Below, one piece after another: positions 29,107 to 39,451 of a stretch of 64,000 nucleotides of DNA. The first letter of the stretch is position 1; each line of letters starts with the position of its first letter. The position numbers were made by a program, and so were the translations under genes. This DNA comes from an uncultured Chloroflexia bacterium (GTDB lineage: Bacteria; Chloroflexota; Limnocylindria; Limnocylindrales; CSP1-4): NCBI GenBank assembly GCA_963724095.1, contig CAVRTH010000005.1:906410-970409 (forward strand), read 5' to 3'. The notes below the pieces were generated by a model. The model was not told the DNA's origin. It saw nothing but the letters and a program-made list of their open reading frames with translations, and searched no databases.

Positions 29107-29289
29107 GTCCAGCCTATGCTCCGTAGGTAATACCTACATAACCCTCTCCTCAGAGCGTTCTTGCCGTGAGGACACTCGGACCGACGATGGGCCCCAGACC
29201 ACCCGTCGCTAGGACAGGCGCCGTTCCACGAGCGATCGTGAACGGCGCCTCGGTCTGTCCGGGAGTGGAGCGGGATCCCGGCCGGCACG

Positions 29290-30078
29290 TCACCTGAGGA
29301 GCAAGCCCTTGAGTCGGCGCGAGGTGACCGTGACGCCGACGAGGCCCATGATCCCCAGATAGGTGATGTCGACGAGCACCATCGGCCCGATATCGCCCGT
29401 CGAGAAGCTGCGCAGCATGTGCACACCACGGTAGAGCGGCGTGAGCTCCACGATCGTCTCCAGCCAGTCGGGATAGACCGAGATGGGGAAGAAGGTGCCG
29501 CTGAAGAGGAACATCGGCATGGTCACCACCGTGACCACGTCGAAGTCCTGCCACTTGCGCATGAAGGTCGTCGCGGCCATACCCACGGACGCTGCAGCCA
29601 GGCCGATGAGCAGTGCGCCGGGCACCATCAGGATGCCCCAGGGCGACAGCACCAGGCCCAGCACGAGCATCACCACCAGGAAGGCGGTGGCGTAGAGCAG
29701 CCCGCGTGTGAGGGCCCAGCTGACCTCCCCGATGGCGATGTCCGAGGGCCCCAGCGGGGTGGCCAGGATGGCATCGAACGTCTTCGCATACTTGAGTTTG
29801 AAGAAGAGGTTGAAGGTGGCCTCGAAAAGGGCGCCGTTCATGGCCGCGGTGGCCATCAGGCCCGGCGCCACGAAGGCTGCGTAGGGGATGTCGCCGACGT
29901 CACCGACGAGCGTGCCCAGGCCAAAGCCGATCCCCAGCAGGTAGAAGATGGGCTCGAAGAAGCCGGTGACGATGATGGTCCAGTTGCGCCGGTACACCAG
30001 TACATCTCGCTCCAGCACCTTGTGGGCACGGGAGCTGCCGATGGGGCGCGTAGGGAAGAAGCGGGTGGTGATGAACAC
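29290..30078 (-). CDS. ABC-2 type transporter permease
   Basis: Start set at GTG 30078, 4 nt after the upstream stop, giving 262 aa with 6 TM. Paralog of the upstream permease. Confidence 0.75.
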   Translation of the reverse strand: MFITTRFFPTRPIGSSRAHKVLERDVLVYRRNWTIIVTGFFEPIFYLLGIGFGLGTLVGDVGDIPYAAFVAPGLMATAAMNGALFEATFNLFFKLKYAKTFDAILATPLGPSDIAIGEVSWALTRGLLYATAFLVVMLVLGLVLSPWGILMVPGALLIGLAAASVGMAATTFMRKWQDFDVVTVVTMPMFLFSGTFFPISVYPDWLETIVELTPLYRGVHMLRSFSTGDIGPMVLVDITYLGIMGLVGVTVTSRRLKGLLLR

Positions 30079-30082
30079 GGCC

Positions 30083-30871
30083 CTACTCCGCCAACCGGCG
30101 CCGGAACGTGACATACGACGCCAGCAGACCAACGACCACGAAGGAACTCAGGTAGACCACGCTGATCAGCGCGATCGCCGGGTCGAGGGTGTCCAGCGCG
30201 ATGCCGCGGGCGAGCGAGACGCCGTGCCACAACGGCGTCAAGACCGCCACCAGCTGCAGCAGCTCGGGCAGCTGGCTGATGGGGAAGAAGGTGCCGCTGA
30301 AGATGAACATGGGCATGATGACGAAGCGGAAGAGCGTGGCGAATGGAGCATCGTTCGTCTGGGCCGCGGAGAAGGCCTGGATGGGCGCTGCGAAGGCCAG
30401 CCCGGTGAGCACCGCCACCGGCAGCATCGCCACCGCGTGCGGCACGTCGGTGGCACCGAAGGCCACCATCACCGCCAGGAACACGGCCGCCCCGACGGTC
30501 AGCCGAAGCCCGACCCACAGGAGCTGGCCGGTGGCCACGTCGCGCGCATCGAGCGGCGAGAGGATCATGGCCACGTACGTCTTGAGCCAGCGGATGCCGG
30601 CCATCACCGGGTAGGTCGACTCACCCGTGGCCGTGTTCATGGCCGTGGCCACCAGGATCCCCGGGGCCAGGAACATCACGTAGGAGACGCCCTGGACGCC
30701 GGACGGATTGGCGTCATCCACGAAAGCTCCCAGGCCCACACCCAGGGCGGCCAGGTAGAGGACGGGATTGAGGAACGTGGAGAACACGGTGCCGTGCCAG
30801 GTGCGCCGGTACACGAAGGCGTGGTGCTCGACGACCCGCAGCACACCCCGCAATGAGGGGCGCTCGCTCAC
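30083..30871 (-). CDS. ABC-2 type transporter permease
   Basis: 262 aa with 6 TM. ATGA-type overlap with the ATPase stop. Confidence 0.8.
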   Translation of the reverse strand: MSERPSLRGVLRVVEHHAFVYRRTWHGTVFSTFLNPVLYLAALGVGLGAFVDDANPSGVQGVSYVMFLAPGILVATAMNTATGESTYPVMAGIRWLKTYVAMILSPLDARDVATGQLLWVGLRLTVGAAVFLAVMVAFGATDVPHAVAMLPVAVLTGLAFAAPIQAFSAAQTNDAPFATLFRFVIMPMFIFSGTFFPISQLPELLQLVAVLTPLWHGVSLARGIALDTLDPAIALISVVYLSSFVVVGLLASYVTFRRRLAE

Positions 30872-31797
30872 TCGATGAGCCTCCGGCCGGTGAGGCGCAG
30901 GAAGACATCCTCGAGCGAAGAACGGCGCACCAGCTGGCTGATGGGCCGCACGCCGTCAGCATGGAGCGCTTCTGCCGCCGCCTCACCATCGTCGCTGTAG
31001 AGCAGCGTGCGGTCGGGCAACTGCTCCACGCGTTCGATGATGCCCTCCAGGCGACCCTCCAGCTGGGGTCGCTCACCGTCCTCGAAGCGCAGCTCCAGGA
31101 CCTCGCGGCTGCTGTACTCGTCGATGAGCGACTGCGGCGAACCCTCGGCCACGATCTGCGCCTTGTCCATCACCACCAGCCGATCGCAGAGCTGCTCGGC
31201 CTCGTCCATGTAGTGGGTGGTGAGGATGAGGGTGACGCCCTGTCGCTTGAGCGAGTAGAGCCGCTCCCAGACGAGGTGTCGAGCCTGGGGGTCAAGTCCG
31301 GTCGTGGGTTCGTCGAGCAGCAGCACGGAGGGCTCGTTGATGAGAGCCCGGGCGATGGTCAGCCGCCGCTTCATGCCACCCGAGAGCGGCTCGACCTGCG
31401 AATCAGCCTTCTCGGTCAGGTGCACGAACTCGAGCAGCTCGTCGGCGCGGCGGCGGCACTCGGCGTATGACAGGTCGAAGTAGCGGCCGTAGATGATGAG
31501 GTTCTCGCGGACCGTCAGCTCCATGTCGAGCGTGTCCGCCTGGGGCACGACGCCGAGGCGAGCGCGGATGGAGGAACCGTCGGCGGCGGGGTCCATGCCC
31601 AGCACGCTCAGGGTGCCGGCGGTCACCGGGGAGATACAGGCGACCATGCGCATGGTGCTGGTCTTGCCGGCGCCGTTGGGGCCCAGGAAGCCGAATGCCT
31701 GTCCAGGGGCCACATCGAAGTCGATGGCGTCGACGGCCGTGAAGTCGCCGAAACGCTTGGTCAGCCCGCGGGCATGGATAAGCGGAGATAGGGGCAT
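30868..31797 (-). CDS. ABC transporter ATP-binding protein (DrrA/NodI-like)
   Basis: Start at ATG 31797 with GGGAGGTG upstream. Walker A is GPNGAGKTS, signature LSGGMKRR, Walker B LLLDEP. Confidence 0.9.
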   Translation of the reverse strand: MPLSPLIHARGLTKRFGDFTAVDAIDFDVAPGQAFGFLGPNGAGKTSTMRMVACISPVTAGTLSVLGMDPAADGSSIRARLGVVPQADTLDMELTVRENLIIYGRYFDLSYAECRRRADELLEFVHLTEKADSQVEPLSGGMKRRLTIARALINEPSVLLLDEPTTGLDPQARHLVWERLYSLKRQGVTLILTTHYMDEAEQLCDRLVVMDKAQIVAEGSPQSLIDEYSSREVLELRFEDGERPQLEGRLEGIIERVEQLPDRTLLYSDDGEAAAEALHADGVRPISQLVRRSSLEDVFLRLTGRRLIE

Positions 31798-32111
31798 GGT
31801 GGACACCTCCCGATGGTAGCCCGAATCGTCTCGCCTGCGGCCGATCCACTCATGTCCTCCAGCCTCACGCCTGCTTGCGCCGCAGGCACGTGACGGACCA
31901 TGTCGAGCCAGAGCATGTCGTGGGTCGGTGTGCCGCTCATAGCCCTGCGCCTGCCCTGTTGGAGTCCCCCCAGGGCAGGCCACGGGACAGGACCGCGGGC
32001 CGGGTGTCACTCGCCTGACCAGCGGGCAAACGGAGCAACCTGGGCTGCGGCTCCGGCGGCGGGCGGACTCGCGCAGGTGGCAGTTGCCGATCACGCGCTA
32101 CTCTTGCCGGC

Positions 32112-33620
32112 GTGAACCGCTTTTCCCGCTGCGCCGGCCCCGTGGCCCTCTCGTCGCTCCTGCTGAGCGCTGGCGGGATGAGCGTCCTCGCGGCGGACGA
32201 GCCCTCGGCGGCGGAAGCATCGCAGCCGAACATCGTGATGGTCATGATCGACGATGCCAACCCGCACGATGGGCGGCTGTGGTCAGCACCGTATATGCCG
32301 GCGCTCGATGAGCTCATCATCTCGCGCGGCATCCGCTTCACCGACTTTCACGGAGAGGTCCCCTTGTGCGGTCCATCGCGGGCCAGCCTGCTCACCGGTC
32401 AGCATGCCCACAACAGCGGCGGCAACAGCAACAACGGAGAGCACGTGGACGTCTCGACGACGATCGCCACCGAGCTCCAGGATGTCGGCTACCACACCGC
32501 GTACGTCGGCAAGTACCTCAACGGCTACCGCAAGTTCAGCCCCGAGAAGTACGACCCGCCCGGCTGGTCGGAGTTCGACGTCATCAACTCCAACCAGGGC
32601 AAGTACTTCTACTACCAGATCCGCGACCGTGACGGCAACATCACCCAGCACAAGACCGATGAGTCCGACTACTCCACCGACGTCATCGCCGATATCGCGG
32701 TGAAGCGCATCCGCGAAGCCCCTGCGGATCAGCCCCTCTTCGAGATCATCGCCCCCTTCACGCCACACGAACCCAACCTACCGGCACCCCGGCACCAGGG
32801 CGACCCCCGCTGCGCCGACATCGAACCTTGGCGTCCGCCGAACTACGACGAGGCGGACGTCTCCGACAAGCCGGCCTACATCCAGGCGGAAACGCCCCTC
32901 GCCGATGACGGCTTCGACCTCACCGCACACTGTGAATCGTTGCTGGCGGTGGATGAGCTCATCGGCCGTGTGGGCGATGCGCTCGAGGAGGAAGGCCGCC
33001 TCGATGACACGGTCTTCGTCTTCATCGCCGACAACGGCATGACCTGGGGTGAGCACCGCCGGGTAGCCAAGGTCTCACCCTACGCCACCATCATGCCGGC
33101 CTATATCGCCTGGCCGGCCGAACGCGGGACCCAGCCGCGGGATGACGCCACCACGCTCTCGATGATCGACTTCGCACCCACCTTCTGCGAGCTGGCCGGC
33201 TGCGAGATGGGCCCCTACCCCAACGGCCAGCAGACGGCCGACGGGCTCAGCTTCGCCGCGCTGCTGGCCGACGAACCCTTGCCCTACATGCGCGAGGCGC
33301 TGCTTCATGCCGTGCCATCGGGTGGCGACCGACCGGTGTGGTGGTCGATCCGCACGACCGCCGACCATCCCGACGGTCGCTGGCACTACATCGAGAACCT
33401 CGACGGCTTTCGCGAGCTCTACGATGTGAGCGGCGGGCTCTGCTACGAGTGGAGTGAGGGAGCACCGGGCGACCCCTGCGAGATGACCAACCTGCTCGCT
33501 GGTGACGTGGACCCGGAGATGGCCGCCCTGGCCGATCGCTTGTCGGCCGAGCTGGCCCGATTGAAGGTGGAGGTCGCACCCGAGTTCGAGCCGCGGGGGT
33601 CCGACGGCCCGACGGACTAA
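32112..33620 (+). CDS. Cys-type sulfatase (secreted)
   Basis: Signal peptide present. Motifs NIVMVMIDD and the formylglycine motif LCGPSRASLLTG. Confidence 0.85.
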   Translation: MNRFSRCAGPVALSSLLLSAGGMSVLAADEPSAAEASQPNIVMVMIDDANPHDGRLWSAPYMPALDELIISRGIRFTDFHGEVPLCGPSRASLLTGQHAHNSGGNSNNGEHVDVSTTIATELQDVGYHTAYVGKYLNGYRKFSPEKYDPPGWSEFDVINSNQGKYFYYQIRDRDGNITQHKTDESDYSTDVIADIAVKRIREAPADQPLFEIIAPFTPHEPNLPAPRHQGDPRCADIEPWRPPNYDEADVSDKPAYIQAETPLADDGFDLTAHCESLLAVDELIGRVGDALEEEGRLDDTVFVFIADNGMTWGEHRRVAKVSPYATIMPAYIAWPAERGTQPRDDATTLSMIDFAPTFCELAGCEMGPYPNGQQTADGLSFAALLADEPLPYMREALLHAVPSGGDRPVWWSIRTTADHPDGRWHYIENLDGFRELYDVSGGLCYEWSEGAPGDPCEMTNLLAGDVDPEMAALADRLSAELARLKVEVAPEFEPRGSDGPTD

Positions 33621-34351
33621 GCTGCAGCCTCTTCGTCAGGGGCATGCTCGGCGACCGTCCCCACGTGAAGCACCACGATGCCCCCGGACATGCCGTACCA
33701 ATCGATGCTCACCAGACCGACCGCGTGCATGATCTCCGCGATGCGCGCGGGATCAGGGTAGGCCCTGGTGGAAGCCACCAGGTAGGCGTAAGCGTCACCC
33801 TGGCCGACGAGACGGCCGATGAGCGGAACGATGTTGTCGAACCAACGGGCCACGAGCTTGCCAAGGCGGCTGCGGGGGCGCGTGATCTCAAGACAGGCCA
33901 CCTTGCCACCCGGGCGCACGGCACGTGCCATCTCGGCGAAGCCTTTCTGATAATCAGCCAGGTTGCGCATGCCGAAGGCGATGGTGGCCGCGTCAAAGGC
34001 GCCGTCCTCCACGGGCAGGGCGAGCGCATCACCCTGCTGGAACGTGAGTGCCTCGGCCCCTGGCGCTCTTCGCTCGCGGGCGATCGAGATCATGCCGGCC
34101 GAGAAGTCGATTCCGAGCGCAGCTCCACCTGGTTGCGCCGCTCGAAACAGGTCAGCGGTCACCTTGCCGGTCCCACAGGCAACGTCGAGCGCACGATCGC
34201 CCGGACCGATCCCGCTGGCCATGACGAGGCGGCGTCGCCAGCGCGGCTCCTGGAAGCCGCTGATGGCGAGGTTCATGCCGTCATACACGCCGGAGATGCG
34301 GTCGAACATCTCCTCGACCCGCCGGGGCGGTGCGCTGTTGCCCTGGCTCAT
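33617..34351 (-). CDS. menG: Demethylmenaquinone / ubiquinone C-methyltransferase
   Basis: Motifs MFDRISGVYDGMNLAISGFQEPRWRR...LDVACGTG...AFGMRNL. Lies at the end of the men cluster. Confidence 0.85.
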   Translation of the reverse strand: MSQGNSAPPRRVEEMFDRISGVYDGMNLAISGFQEPRWRRRLVMASGIGPGDRALDVACGTGKVTADLFRAAQPGGAALGIDFSAGMISIARERRAPGAEALTFQQGDALALPVEDGAFDAATIAFGMRNLADYQKGFAEMARAVRPGGKVACLEITRPRSRLGKLVARWFDNIVPLIGRLVGQGDAYAYLVASTRAYPDPARIAEIMHAVGLVSIDWYGMSGGIVVLHVGTVAEHAPDEEAAA

Positions 34352-35127
34352 CGCTCCGTGCCCCGGCCGAGGAAGGACAGGATGGCCTCGGCGACGGGAC
34401 CTGGCTGCAGGATGGGGGCCATGTGGCCGAGTCCCTCGAGGCGCTGATGGTCGGCCCTCGCGACACGACTGACGAGGGCTTCTGCGATGCTGGCGTAGAG
34501 CGGCTCGCTGGCGCTACCGGTGGCGATCCGGGTGGGGCAGTCGATAGCAGCCAAACCGTCGGGGTCCATGCCCAACAGGGTCGCATCTGCGACGGCACCT
34601 TGCCCACCACGACCGATACGTTCGCGAACGGCCGGGCTGAGCGAGGCTACGGCTTCCGCGCCGGAGACACCCTCCATGAACGTGAAGGCCGCTGCGGCGA
34701 GATCGCCCTCCGCGTTGGCAGCAAGCGTTCGACGGGCGATCTCGGCCATGTGGGACTGGGCCTCCAGCGGTGCCAGCGGTCCGTATGGCGGCTCGTACGC
34801 GACCACCGCGGAGACGAGGTCCGGGTGGCGCGCGGCAAGTTCGAGGGCGACACAGCCACCGTAGCTGTGGCCGACGACGCTGACCGCGTCAAGGCCCTCG
34901 GCCGCGGTGAGCGTCACGAGGTCGCTGACGTGGGTCGCCACGTCGATGGGGCTGGCCGACCCAGCCACCGCGCTCCTGCCGCTGCCGCGGCGGTCCACGC
35001 TCACGACGCTGAAGCGTGCTGACAGCAACGAGGCGAGGCCCCGCAATTGGCGCGAGGACGAGAGCGTCGCGTGGAGCAGTAGGAGCGACGGGCCCTGGCC
35101 TATGCGCTCGAAGTGGACCGGCGTCAT
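34348..35127 (-). CDS. Alpha/beta-fold hydrolase
   Basis: HATLSS...VVGHSYGG nucleophile elbow. ATGA overlap with the reconstructed menE stop. Confidence 0.7.
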   Translation of the reverse strand: MTPVHFERIGQGPSLLLLHATLSSSRQLRGLASLLSARFSVVSVDRRGSGRSAVAGSASPIDVATHVSDLVTLTAAEGLDAVSVVGHSYGGCVALELAARHPDLVSAVVAYEPPYGPLAPLEAQSHMAEIARRTLAANAEGDLAAAAFTFMEGVSGAEAVASLSPAVRERIGRGGQGAVADATLLGMDPDGLAAIDCPTRIATGSASEPLYASIAEALVSRVARADHQRLEGLGHMAPILQPGPVAEAILSFLGRGTER

Positions 35128-36599
35128 GGCCCCGACTCGCCAAGCTCCTGACGAAGTTCGCGACGCAGGACCTTGCCGACGTCGTTTCGCGGGATGGTGT
35201 CGAGGTGAGCGATGCGTGCCGGGACCTTGTATCCCGCCAGGCGCTCACGACAATGCAGCCTTGAGCTCCTCGTCGGATGTGGCGATCAGCGGGCTTAGCA
35301 CCACGGCCGCCACCGGCACCGCTCCCCAGCGCTCGTGCGGCAGACCGACGACGGCGACATCGACCACAGCCGGGTGTTCAGCCAGAGCTGCCTCTACCTC
35401 CGCCGGTGTGATGTTCTCACCGCCACTCACGATGAGGTCGTCACGGCGGTCCATGACGCGCAGGAGCCCATCGGCATCGAGCGTGCCGATATCACCCGTG
35501 TGCAGCCAGCCGTCACGGAGTGTCTCGGCCGTTGTCGCAGGATCATCGAGATAGCCGGCGAAGACCATCTCGCCACGCACGAGGATCTCGCCACCGCCGT
35601 CGCCCGCACCGTCCGGCACGATGCCCAGACGCACGCCCGGCAAGGCACGGCCCGCGGTCGGGTCACGTCTCGTCGTCTGCTCGGCGCCGCCCACCACGAC
35701 CCCGGAACCGGTCTCGGTCATGCCGTACGTCGTCAGCACCGGATAACCGCCGTCGCGAGCCTGCCGCAGCAGATCATGCGGGATGGGTCCGCCCCCGAGC
35801 AGGAGCGCCCGCAGCGTCCTGGGCAGCGCCAGGCCCCGGCGTACCTCCAGCAGCTCCGCCAGCTGCAGCGGCACGAGCGAGACGTGGCTCACGCCAGCCT
35901 CGATGGCACGGCTGACCGCGGCCGCATCGAAGTCGGGGTGATCTCCAGCTCCGCTCCCCATCGCGCGGCACGGGTGACGATCGCCAGGCCGGACACATGG
36001 AAGAGCGGCAGGCACGCCAGCCAACGGTCGCTCCGGCGCGGTCGGAGCACCGCCGACCAGGCGTGGGCGCTGGCAGCGAGGTTGCCGTGCGTCAGGATCA
36101 CGCCCTTGGGCCGGCCGCTCGTGCCGGAGGTGAAGAGGATGGCGGCAGGTGCGCCGAGGTCGATCTCGTCGTGCAGAGCGGGTGGCTTCGCACATGGCGC
36201 AGCGACCAGGAGGGCCTCGATGAGATGGCGCGACAGGCCGTCGGGAGCACTGTCATGCGCGAGCTCGGCGTGGGCGCGGTCGTGGATCAGGGCAGCGGCC
36301 CCGGCGATCCCCAGCTGATGGCGCAGCTCCGCCACAGCCGCACGTCGGTTCAGAGGCACGAGCACCGCACCCAGGCGCCGGACCGCTTCGATGAGCACCA
36401 CTGCCGGCACGTCATCGGCAAGCAGCATCGCCACGCGGCTCGTCCGCCCCATGCCCTCCGCAGCCAGCGCAGCGGCAAGGCTATCGGCGGCCTCGCGCAG
36501 CTGGACGCGCGACCAGGCCACCGACGCACCACGGACCGCCGGCTCTCCGGGACGCCGGGCTGCGCGCATGACCAGGGCATCGGGCGCAGAGCGGCTCAT
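35124..36599 (-). pseudogene. menE: o-Succinylbenzoate-CoA ligase, two compensating frame breaks as sequenced
   Basis: The N-terminal part (LFTSGTSGRPKGV...LPLFHVSGL) is in ORF 35889-36599. The middle part (HPDFDAAAV...TYGMTETGSG...GWLHTGDIG...RRDDLIVSGGENI) is in ORF 35245-36195. The conserved tail HCRERLAGYKVPARIAHLDTIPRNDVGKVLRREL returns to the first frame and ends at TGA 35126-35124. Breaks are at ~35941 and ~35255. Confidence 0.75.
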
Positions 36600-37690
36600 G
36601 CGACGCGGTACCTCTCGATGGCGTCGGTATCCAGCTCGATCCCCAGCCCGGGACCCGTGGGCAAAGCCATGCGGCCACCGGCGAGCGTCAGCGATGCCAG
36701 TAGAAGGTCGGATTCGAGCAGGTCCGCCGTGGCCAAGCCGTGTGCCTGGGGCCCAGGGGCGATGGCGGCGAGATGCAGCGCGCCGGCCAGTCCGACGCCA
36801 GTCTCGAACAGCGTCGAGACAGTCACCGGCACCCCCGCCACGGTGGCCAGCTCCACGATGGCGCCGGCTTGCCGCAGGCCGCCGACGCGCGCCGGCTTGA
36901 CCACCAGCGCATCGACGGCGCCGGCATCGAGCAAGGCCCGGGCGCTGCCGACGTCGCGCACCGACTCATCGGCCGCGATGGGCACGGCACCGTTCCAGCG
37001 CAGATGTGCCAGCGCCTCCCAACCGGCCCTGGCCGCGATGGGCTGCTCCACGTACTCGAGGTCGAAGGCAGCCAGCTTCGCCAGCACGTTCTCGGCCCGC
37101 TTCACTGCGAGGCTGCCGTTGAAATCGACCCGCAACGCGACCTGCGGCCCGGCCACGTCGCGTGCCGCACCGACCCGCCCCACCAGTTCGTCGATCGGCT
37201 CGTCACCGGCCTTGAGCTTCAGGCAGCCGAAGCCGAGCGCCAGCGATCGGGCCGCCTCGTGCGCGGTCTCGGCGGGCGAGCCCACACCGAGCATGGCGTT
37301 GACGGCCACGTCCGGCACCGGGTCCGGCCCCAGGAACGAAGCCACGGAGCGACCGCCCAGGCGTGCCAACAGCTCGACCAGGGCCGACTCGGTGGCTGCC
37401 CGAGCGGCCCGTCCGACGAAGGGCCAAGTGTCGATGTCTCGCAAGGCCCCTTCCACGGCCACCGGGTCGCCCAGGTGGATCCCGCTGAGGGTCGTCACCA
37501 GCCGTGCTGACGCGTCCTCCCCCAGATCGGCCGGCTCGGGGGCGGCGAATTCGCCGCGGCCTGTGCGTCCGTCATCGGTCCGCAGGGTCAGGATGCCAGC
37601 ACGTCGATGTTCCCAGCGTCGGGTGCCACTCGCGACGGGCACGCGAAAAGGCACCACCACGATGTCCACGCTGACCTCGGCGATGCGCAT
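36596..37690 (-). CDS. menC: o-Succinylbenzoate synthase (enolase superfamily)
   Basis: Motifs LKLKAG, DFNG, EYVEQP, ADES and VKPARVGG. Its position inside the men cluster supports the call. Confidence 0.75.
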   Translation of the reverse strand: MRIAEVSVDIVVVPFRVPVASGTRRWEHRRAGILTLRTDDGRTGRGEFAAPEPADLGEDASARLVTTLSGIHLGDPVAVEGALRDIDTWPFVGRAARAATESALVELLARLGGRSVASFLGPDPVPDVAVNAMLGVGSPAETAHEAARSLALGFGCLKLKAGDEPIDELVGRVGAARDVAGPQVALRVDFNGSLAVKRAENVLAKLAAFDLEYVEQPIAARAGWEALAHLRWNGAVPIAADESVRDVGSARALLDAGAVDALVVKPARVGGLRQAGAIVELATVAGVPVTVSTLFETGVGLAGALHLAAIAPGPQAHGLATADLLESDLLLASLTLAGGRMALPTGPGLGIELDTDAIERYRVA

Positions 37691-38610
37691 CAGGTCAGAC
37701 CGGGTATCGCCAGGCCGAGCGCGAACAGCGCCGAGTAGAACAGGGACACCCGTGCGGTCCCCCGGAGCACAGGGTTGAGACGGCGACGGTCACCCGCTGT
37801 CCGCACCACCTGGCGCAGTCGCAGGGCCAGTGGCACACTCGCCAGTGGCAGCAGGACGGCAAGAGAGACGTCAGCCGCGAGGAGGAGGCCCACCGGCGTA
37901 GCGTAGGCGAGGACGAGCAGAGCGTCGTACTCCTGCAGGGCGAAGTTCGGCCCCCATCGCGCCGCCAGGGTGAACTTGCCGGCACGGCGGTCGGTGTCGA
38001 TGTCGCGAAGGTTGTTGACCACCAGGATGGCCGTGATGAGAGAACCCACCGGCACCGCCGCGATGAGCGCCAGTGGCTCCCACGCCAGCGTCTGCAAGTA
38101 CGTCGTGCCGGCCACCGCGACGAGGCCGAAGAAGACGAAGACGAAGATCTCACCCAGGCCGTGGTAGCCGTAGGGCCAGGGTCCCCCGGTATAGGCCAAG
38201 GCACTCACGATGGCTGCGATGCCCAGCAGCAGGATGGGCAGCCCGCCCAACCACACGAGATACAGGCCGATCGATCCGGTAAGCCCGACCAGCAGGCCCA
38301 TGCCCACCAGCATCTCGCGTTGGCTGAGCCAACCCTGCGCGGCAGCACGTGGCGGACCCAGGCGGTCGGCGGCGTCGGCACCGGAGCGGAAGTCGGAAAG
38401 GTCGTTGGCCAGATTGGAGACGATCTGCAGCAGCAGAGCGACCGCCAGCGCCGCAAGCGCCGGCAGCGGTTCGAAGACACCCAGACCGATCGCCACCCCA
38501 AGCCCCACCAACACCGGACCCACTGCGGCTGGCAGCGTCGCCGGCCGGCTCGCCAGCAGCCAGGCACGCGCGCGCGAGGGCGCGGAGGCCGGGATGGTGG
38601 CGGTGGTCAT
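37690..38610 (-). CDS. menA: 1,4-dihydroxy-2-naphthoate polyprenyltransferase
   Basis: UbiA-family polytopic protein with NLANDLSDFRSGAD and NNLRDIDTD motifs. Confidence 0.85.
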   Translation of the reverse strand: MTTATIPASAPSRARAWLLASRPATLPAAVGPVLVGLGVAIGLGVFEPLPALAALAVALLLQIVSNLANDLSDFRSGADAADRLGPPRAAAQGWLSQREMLVGMGLLVGLTGSIGLYLVWLGGLPILLLGIAAIVSALAYTGGPWPYGYHGLGEIFVFVFFGLVAVAGTTYLQTLAWEPLALIAAVPVGSLITAILVVNNLRDIDTDRRAGKFTLAARWGPNFALQEYDALLVLAYATPVGLLLAADVSLAVLLPLASVPLALRLRQVVRTAGDRRRLNPVLRGTARVSLFYSALFALGLAIPGLT

Positions 38611-38619
38611 CAGGTCCTC

Positions 38620-39441
38620 TCAGGGCCGGCGCGGATACTTGCTGAAATCAGGCGCCCGCTTCTCCAGGAAGGCCTTGCTTCCTTCGTGCGCCTCTTCGGT
38701 AAGGTAGAAGAGCATGGTCGCATCGCCGGCCAGCTCCTGGATGCCGGCAAGGCCGTCGGTGTCGGCGTTGAACGAGCGCTTGAGCATGCGGATGGCAGTG
38801 GGGCTCTTGGCCAGGATCTCGCGGGCCCACTGCAGGCCCTCATCCTCGAGCTGGGGCAGCGGTACGACGGTGTTGACCAGTCCCATCTCGAGCGCCTCCA
38901 CGGCACTGTACTGGCGGCAGAGGTACCACATCTCCCGGGCCTTCTTGTGGCCCACGATGCGCGCCAGCAGCGTGGCGCCATAGCCGCCGTCGAAGCTGCC
39001 GACCTTGGGTCCGGTCTGGCCGAAGACCGCATTGTCCGAGGCGATCGAGAGGTCGCAGATGACATGGAGCACGTGGCCACCACCGATGGCATAGCCGTTG
39101 ACGAGGGCGATGACGACGATGGGCAGCGAACGGATGAGTCGCTGCAGATCGAGCACATTGAGGCGGGCCGTACCATCGTCGGCGATGTAGCCACCCTCGC
39201 CCTTCACGTTCATGTCACCGCCGGAGCAGAACGCCTTCTCGCCGGCGCCGGTGAAGAGCACCACGCCGATGGAGCTGTCGTCGCGAACGCGGCGGAAGGC
39301 ATCGATCAGCTCAGCCACGGTCTCGGGCCGGAAGGCGTTGCGCACGTGTGGGCGGTCGATGGTGATCTTGGCGACGCCGCCGCCGTCGTGTTGGTAGCGG
39401 ATGTCCTCGTATTCGTGCAGGTCGATCCACTCGGTCGCCAT
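38620..39441 (-). CDS. menB: 1,4-dihydroxy-2-naphthoyl-CoA synthase
   Basis: Start at ATG 39441 with GGAGAGGA upstream. Motifs [18 protein letters not shown] and [11 protein letters not shown]. Confidence 0.9.
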   Translation of the reverse strand: MATEWIDLHEYEDIRYQHDGGGVAKITIDRPHVRNAFRPETVAELIDAFRRVRDDSSIGVVLFTGAGEKAFCSGGDMNVKGEGGYIADDGTARLNVLDLQRLIRSLPIVVIALVNGYAIGGGHVLHVICDLSIASDNAVFGQTGPKVGSFDGGYGATLLARIVGHKKAREMWYLCRQYSAVEALEMGLVNTVVPLPQLEDEGLQWAREILAKSPTAIRMLKRSFNADTDGLAGIQELAGDATMLFYLTEEAHEGSKAFLEKRAPDFSKYPRRP

Positions 39442-39451
39442 GTCCTCTCCT

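Noticed and set aside
29115-29145. dif/Xer recombination site at the AT-rich palindrome
   Set aside because: It contains ACATAA but lacks the paired CATAA-N6-TTATG inner arms of known dif sites.
35997-37778. 593-aa plus-strand ORF. The same applies to 38161-39462, 40535-41704, 44882-46459, 47003-48481 and 61553-63043.
   Set aside because: All are antisense to well-supported minus-strand genes (menE/menC, menA/menB, menD, GT paralogs, eno) and have shadow-ORF composition.
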